Shown here piece by piece: positions 37,998 to 46,757 of a DNA stretch of 64,000 bases (position 1 is the stretch's first letter; each line of letters opens with the position of its first letter). Made by a program: the position numbers and the translations under genes. The notes below the pieces were generated by a model. That model was not told the DNA's origin, searched no databases, and saw nothing but the letters and a program-made list of their open reading frames with translations. The stretch comes from a virus (taxonomy: Duplodnaviria; Heunggongvirae; Uroviricota; Caudoviricetes): positions 84,407 to 148,406 of IMG/VR virus record IMGVR_UViG_3300038393_003162; one strand, written 5' to 3'.

Positions 37998-38303
37998 TCA
38001 ACCACAAGGATTCGTGGCGTGAGCGGATATGAAGACGGCGTTGGGGTTGCCGTCGATCTGCGTGACGTTAAAGATATGACCAGTTTCGGTGTTGACTATC
38101 TGAACAAAACCTCTCTCCAACATCCTGCGACGTTGGAGAGAGGCTTCTCGGATCGCTGCTTGCCGAGACGTTCGGACGTGGTCGCCGAACGATGGGAGGA
38201 ATCCGAACTCGTATTCCTCGTCTCCCGAGATCACGACGTAACTTGCTGTTCCTTCGGACGTGCCATGGTGGGCACAAGTAATTACTTCTGACTCGTCGAG
38301 CAA
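37998..38303 (-). CDS. Hypothetical protein
   Basis: TTG start with AAGGAG SD. Confidence 0.5.
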   Translation of the reverse strand: MLDESEVITCAHHGTSEGTASYVVISGDEEYEFGFLPSFGDHVRTSRQAAIREASLQRRRMLERGFVQIVNTETGHIFNVTQIDGNPNAVFISAHATNPCG

Positions 38304-38545
38304 AGTTTCTCCTTGACGCAATTGATGATGTCGCCCACCGTGTTCAACGAATGGGCTTCTTCGTCGTTGATGTCGATATCGAATTCGTCTTCCAGGTCCA
38401 TAGCGATGTCGAGCATGTCCAAGGAATCGGCACCCAAGTTATCCTTGAGGTGCGACTCATCGCTGACCTCCGACGGCTTGATGACCAATACGTCGGCGAC
38501 AATCAGGTGGACATCTTCTTTGATCTGCTCTTCGGTCATTGACAT
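38282..38545 (-). CDS. acpP: Acyl carrier protein
   Basis: LGADSLDMLDIAMDLEDEFDIDI with phosphopantetheine Ser. Confidence 0.92.
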   Translation of the reverse strand: MSMTEEQIKEDVHLIVADVLVIKPSEVSDESHLKDNLGADSLDMLDIAMDLEDEFDIDINDEEAHSLNTVGDIINCVKEKLCSTSQK

Positions 38546-38596
38546 CGTCCCCGTCTCCTTATTTAGGGGCTGAAAAACAATTCATCCGATGACGAC

Positions 38597-38625
38597 ATTC
38601 TATCACAAATTATGTAATCTGTAAA
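38597..38625 (-). promoter_or_regulatory. Sigma70-type promoter TTTACA-17-TAGAAT with extended TG
   Basis: Exact spacing upstream of acpP. Confidence 0.65.
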
Positions 38626-38646
38626 CCAAATTATTTCTCATACCGA

Positions 38647-38739
38647 GCTTGCCTTAGAAATCAGGATTGCCCCAAAATCTAGTTTTTGGCAACTGAAATT
38701 GAGTCACAAGAATAATTGCGCTCAGCCCTAGATCAGTAA
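38647..38739. repeat. 93-bp dispersed intergenic repeat, copy 2
   Basis: Gapless match to 2254-2346. Confidence 0.95.
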
Positions 38740-38808
38740 TAACTAGTATAACAAGTTTTTTGTCTTTCAGACAAGATCAATATTTGCCTGAAAGACCATG
38801 CCCAGAAA

Positions 38809-39750
38809 TCAATTCTTGGGCAGATACCAATGGGGGCAATATTTTTTGGAAGATTTCAAGGCGAAAGACTGGATTCCGAATCCGCTGTGGGTGATGTCTT
38901 CGCGAAGGTCGGGAGGATAGTTCTTCTTGAGATCATTCCCGAAAACGTTCTCGTACCCCTCAGCGATCATCCGCTCGATCGCCGGTATCGAGTCCCGGCA
39001 GATGCAGGGATCGTAATAATTCATGCCGGTAGGTCGTGATCCAGTGTCGTTGGTAAATTTCGCGAATGCTTTCATGCTCTTCATGAAAGACTTCTTAGAC
39101 GAATGGTGCTTACCCATCCTGAGCAAGAGAGTGTAGAGGGACAACATGACCGGCGAAGACATCCACGCGGCATCGCCCACGAACAGGAACATCCCCGTTG
39201 CCTTGTGAGTCGGCTTGGGATTGCGGACCCGGAAGACCTGAGTCCAAGGAATATTCAGTTCCTTTTCTGCCTTGTGAATCAGGTCGATAATCGAGCCGAT
39301 GGACTTCGAAAATCCGGCATCTTGCCGGTTACAGAGGACCAGCCGCAACTCATCCACACAGATGCGAGGGCAATTTTTGGTGCTGTATTTGAAGTTGCCA
39401 TTGGTCTGTGTGACTTCCCAATCATTGATGGTGCCGAAGACCATGTCGCCAAGGTAATCCTTGCACGTCACGAGCGGGTGACATTGCTTTCGGTCCTTGC
39501 TGACGAAACAAAAGGAGGTCGATGAGGTGTAGAGAGCTTCTGTCCCGGTAGTCCACTCGATATCCCAATCAAGCTCGGGAAGATCTTTATGATCTTTGAT
39601 CCTCTCGGGTTGCGGCGTCAACACTATTGGTCCCGTAAACGATTCGGCAGGACTGGCAGGGATGTCCAATGGGAACTCTAAATTATTTACCATAGGTAGC
39701 TCCTTCTTTCGAAATCTGCCGAGAAGTCCTTTAAGAATGGAAAAATTCAT
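38809..39750 (-). CDS. Hypothetical protein
   Basis: 313 aa; CHPLVTCKDYLGD motif, no confident family. Confidence 0.65.
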   Translation of the reverse strand: MNFSILKGLLGRFRKKELPMVNNLEFPLDIPASPAESFTGPIVLTPQPERIKDHKDLPELDWDIEWTTGTEALYTSSTSFCFVSKDRKQCHPLVTCKDYLGDMVFGTINDWEVTQTNGNFKYSTKNCPRICVDELRLVLCNRQDAGFSKSIGSIIDLIHKAEKELNIPWTQVFRVRNPKPTHKATGMFLFVGDAAWMSSPVMLSLYTLLLRMGKHHSSKKSFMKSMKAFAKFTNDTGSRPTGMNYYDPCICRDSIPAIERMIAEGYENVFGNDLKKNYPPDLREDITHSGFGIQSFALKSSKKYCPHWYLPKN

Positions 39751-39813
39751 AGTACATTCTATCCAATGACGTTAAGTTCGCAAAAAAATACCAACAGACA
39801 CTAGTATAATATC

Positions 39814-40449
39814 ATGGGAAAATTTAAAGATTTGACTGGGCAACGGATCGGACTACTTACTGTTTTGCATCTCACAGATAAAACAAAATACAAACATAAG
39901 TCTTTGGTTTGGATGTGTCAATGCGATTGTGGTAACACGAAAGAAATATCAGGGGCACAGCTTACTCAAGCTAAGAGTTGTGGCTGTGTTGCTCTGCATC
40001 GTAAAGAAACTTTTGGACAAAGAAATATCGGCGTTACTCCACTTCATGCTTTACCTCTTCAAGAATCCACCAAAAGGACTCATTTTGCTGAATACAAACG
40101 AAGTGCCGCAAGAAGAAGTTATCCATTCGAATTGCTTGAAGATGAATTTAGGTCACTGATTTTCCAAAATTGTTATTATTGTGATTCTCCACCTTCCAAG
40201 TTAAGAGTAGATCGACGTAGACCTGAAGGAAGTTACTTGTCAAATGGGATTGATCGGATTGATAATTCTATTGGGTACAAAATGAATAACTGCGTACCAT
40301 GCTGTTTCGTTTGTAATAGGGCAAAAGATACATTAACAATCGAAGAATTCAAGATATGGGTAAAAAGACTTGTTAGCCATCTTGCCTTAGATTCAAAATG
40401 CGACCAATACAAAGCAAATCATACTACTTTTAAGGAAAATCATGAGTAA
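39814..40449 (+). CDS. HNH homing endonuclease (copy 1)
   Basis: DLTGQRIGLLTV...CQCDCG...SCGC; CYYC...NGIDRIDNSIGYKMNNCVPCCFVCNRAK; AT-rich. Confidence 0.85.
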   Translation: MGKFKDLTGQRIGLLTVLHLTDKTKYKHKSLVWMCQCDCGNTKEISGAQLTQAKSCGCVALHRKETFGQRNIGVTPLHALPLQESTKRTHFAEYKRSAARRSYPFELLEDEFRSLIFQNCYYCDSPPSKLRVDRRRPEGSYLSNGIDRIDNSIGYKMNNCVPCCFVCNRAKDTLTIEEFKIWVKRLVSHLALDSKCDQYKANHTTFKENHE

Positions 40450-41047
40450 AAGCTTAGATTTAACTAATCAACGTCGAGGCATGCTTACAATTTTGCATTT
40501 CACTGGAGAAACAAAATATGCTCGTCCTTCTAAGGTCTGGTTATGCCAATGTGATTGTGGGACTTTGAAAAAGTTATCGGTAGCTGAGCTTCGACAAGCA
40601 ACAAATTGCGGGTGCGTTTATCGAAACTATCTTTCTACTTTTGGTCACAAAAATAAAGGCAAACTACCATCTTGCACACTACCTGTTCAAGAATCGAATA
40701 AAAGATCACATTTTAGAAGTTATAAAAACAACGCCATCAAACGTAATTATTCATTTGAATTACATGAAGAAGAATTTAGATCACTAATCATTCAGAATTG
40801 TCATTATTGCGGCTCCCCGCCCTCTAGCCTGAAGAAGGACTACCACAGACCAGAGGGTAGTTATTTATCTAATGGCATTGATCGGGTCGATAACTCTATT
40901 GGTTATGAAAAAACAAATTGCGTACCCTGTTGCGTTATTTGTAATAGAGCAAAGGACATCATGACTGTAGAGGAATTTAAAACATGGATAAAGAAAGTTG
41001 CTAAGAATCTTCATCTTGAATACGATTCGGCAAAAGCGGCAATTTAG
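40442..41047 (+). CDS. HNH homing endonuclease (copy 2)
   Basis: Close paralog of copy 1: NGIDRVDNSIGYEKTNCVPCCVICNRAK. Confidence 0.85.
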   Translation: MSKSLDLTNQRRGMLTILHFTGETKYARPSKVWLCQCDCGTLKKLSVAELRQATNCGCVYRNYLSTFGHKNKGKLPSCTLPVQESNKRSHFRSYKNNAIKRNYSFELHEEEFRSLIIQNCHYCGSPPSSLKKDYHRPEGSYLSNGIDRVDNSIGYEKTNCVPCCVICNRAKDIMTVEEFKTWIKKVAKNLHLEYDSAKAAI

Positions 41048-41711
41048 ACCAATGGGATGTAGTTTTCACATGCCCTTCACGTACCATCTTCGCATAATGT
41101 TGATGGAATAGATGGTACGGGAATGACTCGATCGTCCGGATCACGTACCCTTCCTCCGTCGTCGGGACCGGGTTCGGGGTGAATACGTGGTCTTCGGGCG
41201 TTTCGAAACAGTCGAAGATCTTTAATCCAGCCCAAGCTGAGCGAATAGCCTTTTCGTCGTACACGCCTCGGTAGATTTCCGGTACCGTCTTCAGCCCCAG
41301 CAACGTCGTGATCGACTTCGTGTCGTCCCAATTCAAGCATTGGTTATTCTCGTCAAAAATAGCGAAGACATAAAAATAGGTTTCTAGATCCCAATACCAA
41401 ATCGAATGAGCAGCGTACAGATTTTCCCCTGTGATTCTCCATTGTTCAGGGATATCGTGCTTGATGTTTCCGTGGAGTTGCTTGACCCAACTTCGTCCGA
41501 CACCTTCGCCCGCATAGACTGAGCGGGCATGGATATGGTCACGGTACATAGAAGTGCATTCGCCGTCGCATTTTAAAGTAACGACAACTTCCTTATCCTT
41601 GAAGTGGTCGCAATTGGTCAACCAATTATCATCGCTGGAGATGCTTTCACTCCAAGGAAGATGTGGTGTCTTCGGATGCTTGAAAGCGTGTTGACAAAAT
41701 TGAGTGGTCAT
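41001..41711 (-). CDS. ATP-dependent RNA ligase-family protein (Rnl2-like)
   Basis: HPKTPHLPWS, motif I TLKCDGE, EEGYVIR, AKMVREGHV. Confidence 0.8.
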   Translation of the reverse strand: MTTQFCQHAFKHPKTPHLPWSESISSDDNWLTNCDHFKDKEVVVTLKCDGECTSMYRDHIHARSVYAGEGVGRSWVKQLHGNIKHDIPEQWRITGENLYAAHSIWYWDLETYFYVFAIFDENNQCLNWDDTKSITTLLGLKTVPEIYRGVYDEKAIRSAWAGLKIFDCFETPEDHVFTPNPVPTTEEGYVIRTIESFPYHLFHQHYAKMVREGHVKTTSHWSKLPLLPNRIQDEDS

Positions 41712-41992
41712 GCTTCATCCTTTCGAACAACGATAGCAAACCGCCATTCAGGATGACGTTTCAAGCAGTCTGGTCCCACCGGCAGGGTAAATCGCCCGAA
41801 CGTCCCTTCATCTGCCTGAACCGGCTCTGAAGGATCACAGAGCCACCATTCACCATCATCAGTCCGAGAAAGATAGAGAAATATGGCGTTAGGTTTAACC
41901 TTTTTCGAGCAATAACAGCAATGGTCTTCGGAGTATGGTGTTTGACGATCCTTATTCCAAGATTCACTCTGAATAAAGGCTATGCGTTTCAT
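41708..41992 (-). CDS. Hypothetical Cys-containing protein
   Basis: CCYCSK...VGPDC. Confidence 0.6.
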   Translation of the reverse strand: MKRIAFIQSESWNKDRQTPYSEDHCCYCSKKVKPNAIFLYLSRTDDGEWWLCDPSEPVQADEGTFGRFTLPVGPDCLKRHPEWRFAIVVRKDEA

Positions 41993-42043
41993 GACTTACT
42001 CCTTATTCGCAATCGTCATGTGGTGCCATAGTGGGCACGTGTG

Positions 42044-42430
42044 TTACTTTTTGTTGGCGATTGTCATGTGGAAGCATTGCTTGAAACTGTCCGGCGGTCT
42101 CGTGATCTCGCTGGAAACCGACAACCCGAGTTCGGCTCGGATATCCTCAAGATCACGACAATAAACGTCGAGCCAGAAGTATACCACGCCTTCGCGAACC
42201 ACACCAGAATAATCGAACGAGATTTCTTGGTTTTCATACTTCCCCCAAACGTCCATGCTTAGGGGAAGTTCGTTGCGAACTACAGAAATATGGGCAGCAT
42301 AACGTGGCTGATTGTACCTCTTCCATTTTGGAATCAACGCCCGATAGAATGCCGCAATCTCTGGATCTGCTTCCACCACTAACTTCAGTGGATCAGTCGA
42401 ATACTTAAGAATTCCCTTGGACTGGTACAT
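42044..42430 (-). CDS. 2H phosphoesterase-fold protein (copy B)
   Basis: AHISVVRNE and FHMTIAN; paralog of 26140-26550. Confidence 0.7.
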   Translation of the reverse strand: MYQSKGILKYSTDPLKLVVEADPEIAAFYRALIPKWKRYNQPRYAAHISVVRNELPLSMDVWGKYENQEISFDYSGVVREGVVYFWLDVYCRDLEDIRAELGLSVSSEITRPPDSFKQCFHMTIANKK

Positions 42431-43934
42431 CTGCCAACTCGTTATATTTCGGGTTTGACTTAAATGCCTCGTCGGTCATCCGGAGTCGCCGGATCACCTC
42501 GTCCTTGCCCATGATGACGAAGCTGTCGTAGAGTCCCGGTCCCACCGAAACGCCAGTGACCGCCACCCTGAGGGCGTTAACGATCAGCCCCATGGGCAAT
42601 TTCATTTCATTGCCATAGTTGTGAATAAGGGCATCAAGGCTCCCGACGCTCCATTCCTCTTTGTCCATGGCTTCGAATTTATCAGTCAAATAGAGAATTG
42701 CCTTCCTGGCATTCGGTTTGAAGAGCCGATTCTCGACTGCTTTCATGTCGTGCTGGAGATCGGTAAAGAAGAACGCACCGTATTTGATGATGTCGGAGAA
42801 CTTCTTGAGTCGGTCCCCGAGAGCGTCGATCACCGCATAGATGCGGTCGATATCCTCGTCAGTTGGCATGGTCAAGGGAAGCACGTCCTGGCGTGGCTCG
42901 ATCAGCTTGTGATGGAGCAATTGCCCGACTACGCCGACGAACTTGGGCGAAGCCGTGGTCCGTTTCATCCACTCACCCTGGAACCAGTAGAGCTTGTCGA
43001 TGTCGTGGCTTGCCGGTGCCTTGACCACTCGCTCTAGGCTGAAGTTTGCGACCAATTCGTCCCGAGAGAACATCTCGGTATGGTCGTCCAGGCTCCAGCC
43101 GAGGCGAGCCAGGTAGTTCATCATCGCCGCAGGCAGGTAATCATGGATATATTCTTCCATGCCAGCGCCGCCGTCACGCTTCGACATCTTCTTCTTGGAA
43201 TTGGGCGCGGCGACATACGGCAAGTGGGCGAATTGCGGTGGAGAGAATCCCATCGCCTCGTAAATCAACATCTGCGGGAACGTATTCGCCAGATGTTCCT
43301 CTGACCGGATCACGTGACTGATGCTCATCAGGGCATCGTCGATTACGGTCGCGAAAGAGTAAAGGGGCGACCCATCACCCCGCATGATGACGAAATCGGC
43401 GATGTCGTCGGTGTTGTATACTACCTCGCCCCGCACCAGGTCGTTGAGAACGATCTCGCGGTCAAGCGGGACCTTGAATCTAAGACAGTAAGGCATTCCC
43501 TGGTTCTGGAAATTGGCGATCTGTGCCGAGTTATAGGGCTTCTGCCGGAATCGATAGGGGACCTTCGCCTTGTCGGCTGCTGCCTTGTCGGTAGCACGTT
43601 CTTCGGCTGTGCTGTAGTCCTTGTAGACCGATCCTGTGGAGAGGAGTCGTTCCGCCCAATCCTGGTAGAGCATCTTACGGGCGGATTGGAAGTAGGGAAC
43701 GTGAGGACCATCGACTTCCGGTCCTTCGTCCCAATCGATCCCGAGCCACTGGAAGCTTTCTAGGATCGGCGCTATGGCTTCCTCCACGTGTCGGTCGCGG
43801 TCGGTGTCGTCGATACGGAGGATGAACTGACCACCATGCCGTCTCGCGAACAGCCAATTGAAGAGTGCTGTTCTCGCGCCACCGATATGAAGAAAACCAG
43901 TTGGCGAAGGTGCGAAACGTGTGCGAACCGTCAT
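42405..43934 (-). CDS. gltX: Glutamate--tRNA ligase
   Basis: RTRFAPSPTGFLHIGGARTALFNW, ISHVIRSEEH, KMSKR, LRVAVTG...GPGL. Confidence 0.95.
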   Translation of the reverse strand: MTVRTRFAPSPTGFLHIGGARTALFNWLFARRHGGQFILRIDDTDRDRHVEEAIAPILESFQWLGIDWDEGPEVDGPHVPYFQSARKMLYQDWAERLLSTGSVYKDYSTAEERATDKAAADKAKVPYRFRQKPYNSAQIANFQNQGMPYCLRFKVPLDREIVLNDLVRGEVVYNTDDIADFVIMRGDGSPLYSFATVIDDALMSISHVIRSEEHLANTFPQMLIYEAMGFSPPQFAHLPYVAAPNSKKKMSKRDGGAGMEEYIHDYLPAAMMNYLARLGWSLDDHTEMFSRDELVANFSLERVVKAPASHDIDKLYWFQGEWMKRTTASPKFVGVVGQLLHHKLIEPRQDVLPLTMPTDEDIDRIYAVIDALGDRLKKFSDIIKYGAFFFTDLQHDMKAVENRLFKPNARKAILYLTDKFEAMDKEEWSVGSLDALIHNYGNEMKLPMGLIVNALRVAVTGVSVGPGLYDSFVIMGKDEVIRRLRMTDEAFKSNPKYNELADVPVQGNS

Positions 43935-43946
43935 GGCTGAAATTCC

Positions 43947-44405
43947 TCACTTCTTGTGGAGTTCCGTCTGAGCAACCGCTAACTCGTCGCACCGATTGTT
44001 CCACTTGTTATCGGCGTGACCTTTGACCTTGACGAAGGTGACCTTGTGCTTCTCAAGAAGTGACAGGAGAGTGGTCCAAAGGTCCTGGTTTTCGACCGGC
44101 TTCTTGCCGGAAGTCTGCCAACCGTTGGTTTGCCACTTCTTGTACCAACCTTGATTGATACAGTTACACAGGTAAGCACTGTCTGTGTAAAGTCGGACTT
44201 CTTGCGGGGTGTCTAAGTATTGTAATCCCCGAATCGCTCCTGTCAACTCCATTCGGTTATTTGTTGTGTGATGAACGCCGCCTGCCAATTCTTCCACTTC
44301 AACCTGGGAACTTGAATCATCCAAGAGAATGGCAGCCCAGCCGCCTGGTCCTCGTCCACTATTATTTAATTGGCTGCAAGAACCATCTGAATAAATCTCA
44401 ATCAT
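43947..44405 (-). CDS. rnhA: Ribonuclease HI
   Basis: YSDGSC, GPGGW, TTNNRMEL, YTDSAY, NQDLW, KVKGHAD, NNRCDELA. Confidence 0.95.
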   Translation of the reverse strand: MIEIYSDGSCSQLNNSGRGPGGWAAILLDDSSSQVEVEELAGGVHHTTNNRMELTGAIRGLQYLDTPQEVRLYTDSAYLCNCINQGWYKKWQTNGWQTSGKKPVENQDLWTTLLSLLEKHKVTFVKVKGHADNKWNNRCDELAVAQTELHKK

Positions 44406-44407
44406 AT

Positions 44408-45175
44408 TTAAGTCCTTATATTTACATTATGTTCAACATCCCAGCCCGTGGGAAGAAATTGGGGTTTCATGACTTCGACAAAGTGTTTCCGCCATCTCTG
44501 GATGAAATCTCGGATACCCGTATCACTTTTCATCAATTCCGCAACGACCTTCTCGCCGTAGCTTTCCCCGGTCTTGAGGGTCGTACTCAACCCGGAAAGC
44601 GTAATCAATTCCTCGCGGCTCGGAACATGTCCGAGGTACGAGATCACCGTGTCGAGAAGCATCCGCCGTCTAATCTCCGGGATCACGTCTTCGTGCTGAA
44701 CCAAGGCATGCGATGCCTTGGCGACCCGGAGTTTGTCGTGATCGATGGAGTGACCCTCGTGGAGGACGCACCGCATCTCTTCACCGATCGTTCTCTTCAA
44801 TTCGTCGGCATATCTTTCGTATTTCACGTGACAATTGACGCAGGTTGCCAAGACATCGTGGCTCGCGTGATTTTTGTACTCGTCCGGGAAATATCGCCGA
44901 TAACACCTCGGGACCACATGATGCATGCTGAGGTTTTCAGATGCTCCGCAGATCACGCACTGATTGGTCTTGTCGGCGAGGTAATACTCGATCCCGGCAT
45001 TCTTTCTTCCTTCCGGTTCGAAATTCAGCCGGATCACAACCGCCTCGGCTAATCCTCGTTCCAAGTACCAGTTGAGTTTCTTGTGATTGGTCCGACAGAG
45101 GACTTGCCCATCAGGCGCTAAGATCGTGCAGTTGTCGTACACAGGCTTGGTCTTTGCGCTGAGATCGGTCGGCAT
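44408..45175 (-). CDS. HNH-like protein resembling the C-terminal domain of eukaryotic EXD2
   Basis: VYDNCTILAPDG...WYLERG...FEPEG...CVICG...SHDVLATCVNCH...RWRKHF...FLPTGWDVEH; similarity recalled from memory. Confidence 0.7.
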   Translation of the reverse strand: MPTDLSAKTKPVYDNCTILAPDGQVLCRTNHKKLNWYLERGLAEAVVIRLNFEPEGRKNAGIEYYLADKTNQCVICGASENLSMHHVVPRCYRRYFPDEYKNHASHDVLATCVNCHVKYERYADELKRTIGEEMRCVLHEGHSIDHDKLRVAKASHALVQHEDVIPEIRRRMLLDTVISYLGHVPSREELITLSGLSTTLKTGESYGEKVVAELMKSDTGIRDFIQRWRKHFVEVMKPQFLPTGWDVEHNVNIRT

Positions 45176-45710
45176 GGCTAACTCTCGGATACAGCCTAGG
45201 AAGGACCCGCTCCACAAGTTCTTCGACCGTGAAGAGGTCGCGAGGGATACAATACTCTTCTCGATTCTTCGTCACCCAATCTTCGAATTCTCCAGGGCGG
45301 CTCTCGTACATCCGCCTCGCTTGGGACTTGTAGTCGCCGAACTCGGCTCGTCTCAATTCGGTCTTCGGATCGAATGGGGTAAACCAGTTGTTGTGCGGCT
45401 CAAGGACCGTGTAGTGTTCGTAATCGTATTTTTTAATGAAATACTCGCTCTTATCGAGATGATCGCGACCTCCGAGGAAGATCGCGATTGCCCGATTATG
45501 ACCGTCATGGAGCAATCGGGTATCATCGGGAAAGAGCGTGATCCCGACAAGCGGCGGATTGGGTCTGCCGCCGTGGTGTTTGGTCCATTCCCCGATTGCT
45601 TCCTGGGTGAAGAGGCCGCCAGTTTTGACGAAATCGACCATCTGTTGGAGATGGTCGGCGTCGTGACGGACTTCATTCTGCGAGACAATCAAATCACTTA
45701 ATAACATCAC
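45111..45710 (-). CDS. ParB/Srx-like protein
   Basis: LLHDGHNRAIA motif. Confidence 0.6.
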   Translation of the reverse strand: MMLLSDLIVSQNEVRHDADHLQQMVDFVKTGGLFTQEAIGEWTKHHGGRPNPPLVGITLFPDDTRLLHDGHNRAIAIFLGGRDHLDKSEYFIKKYDYEHYTVLEPHNNWFTPFDPKTELRRAEFGDYKSQARRMYESRPGEFEDWVTKNREEYCIPRDLFTVEELVERVLPRLYPRVSHADRSQRKDQACVRQLHDLSA

Positions 45711-45991
45711 TGTGCTTTCTTGCCAAAAGGAAGCTTGGTTTGCTGAAGGATCGCTGGCTTCCCTTTGGTCCGGTTTTCCCGCACCTTTCTTTCGGTCTTG
45801 CGGGGAAGCTCGCCCTTCTTACGCATACGGATCAGGGCTTCGTAGATATCGTGTTGCGAGAAACCGGCAGTCTGGAAGGAATTGAACTTGTTGCAAAAGA
45901 CGTTGAACTCCATCGTGTGATGAAGTCGGTCCAACACGATGGGCTGAGCGTCGTACATTGCCGCCAAGAGCCGCTTCTGTTCGCTGTTCAT
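45707..45991 (-). CDS. Hypothetical protein
   Basis: SD GAGGA before MNSEQK. Confidence 0.6.
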   Translation of the reverse strand: MNSEQKRLLAAMYDAQPIVLDRLHHTMEFNVFCNKFNSFQTAGFSQHDIYEALIRMRKKGELPRKTERKVRENRTKGKPAILQQTKLPFGKKAQ

Positions 45992-45998
45992 ATCATCC

Positions 45999-46676
45999 TC
46001 ACTCGATGGGGTCAGGGATATTCCTGAAATCGTCACGGATGTCAGCGTAAGCCTTGTCGATCACAGCCTGGTAGGTCTTCCCGAGCCGCCAGACGACGAC
46101 CCGAGCAACATTCGCCAGCATGTCAGCAAACAAGAACCAAAGGAGGTTTCCGGGCCAGCCGACGAAAGTCCTGGTGATCCGGGTCGTGTAGTCGATATAA
46201 TTCGGGGTTTGGGACAGCCTTTTCAATCGAGGATTCGCCTCGACATGTTTCTTCCATTTGGACAAAAGCTCATCAGGAATACGATCCCGGAGAACATTGT
46301 ATCCTTGGAGCCACTTGATCTTGGCGAGGCGATACTCTTCCCCCCGCATTTTCGCCGCAAACCACATCTGGAAGATACTCCAGGGAACGCCAATGGCGAT
46401 GTATATCCCTCCCCCCCAGATGAAGTAGGAGATATTGGACCAAAGCCAAGCCTTGGTCTCGCTGAGGCTCCAATCTCCGAAGGTGAAGAGTAACAAGAAG
46501 TAAACGCCCAGAGATATCGATACGCCAACACCGCTTTCTGTTTGAACTCCCGTCTCGTCACAACTTGCCTTGCCATACATATCTGAGATGAAAAAACCTA
46601 GGAAGCACACTTCCACCAAGGTGATTAGCCAAAAAAGGATACTCCCGGTCAGTAACCAACCATGAGCCCAGTTCAT
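45999..46676 (-). CDS. Membrane protein
   Basis: Three to four hydrophobic segments. Confidence 0.7.
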   Translation of the reverse strand: MNWAHGWLLTGSILFWLITLVEVCFLGFFISDMYGKASCDETGVQTESGVGVSISLGVYFLLLFTFGDWSLSETKAWLWSNISYFIWGGGIYIAIGVPWSIFQMWFAAKMRGEEYRLAKIKWLQGYNVLRDRIPDELLSKWKKHVEANPRLKRLSQTPNYIDYTTRITRTFVGWPGNLLWFLFADMLANVARVVVWRLGKTYQAVIDKAYADIRDDFRNIPDPIE

Positions 46677-46757
46677 TCCAAGCTTCCTTACTTATTGGGG
46701 TTTAAAAGAGCAAACCAGACAGGGATAGTATACGCCTATCTCCTAAAGGTGTCTAGT

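Noticed and set aside
2254-38739. CRISPR array formed by the 93-bp repeat
   Set aside because: Only two copies 36 kb apart, with no spacer periodicity and no cas genes.
42405-43934. Phage GluRS as the enzyme charging tRNA(CUA)
   Set aside because: LGDRL aligns by eye with the Arg that reads C36 in discriminating GluRS; the CUA tRNA has A36 and a tRNA body unlike tRNA-Glu. Not excluded without an assay.
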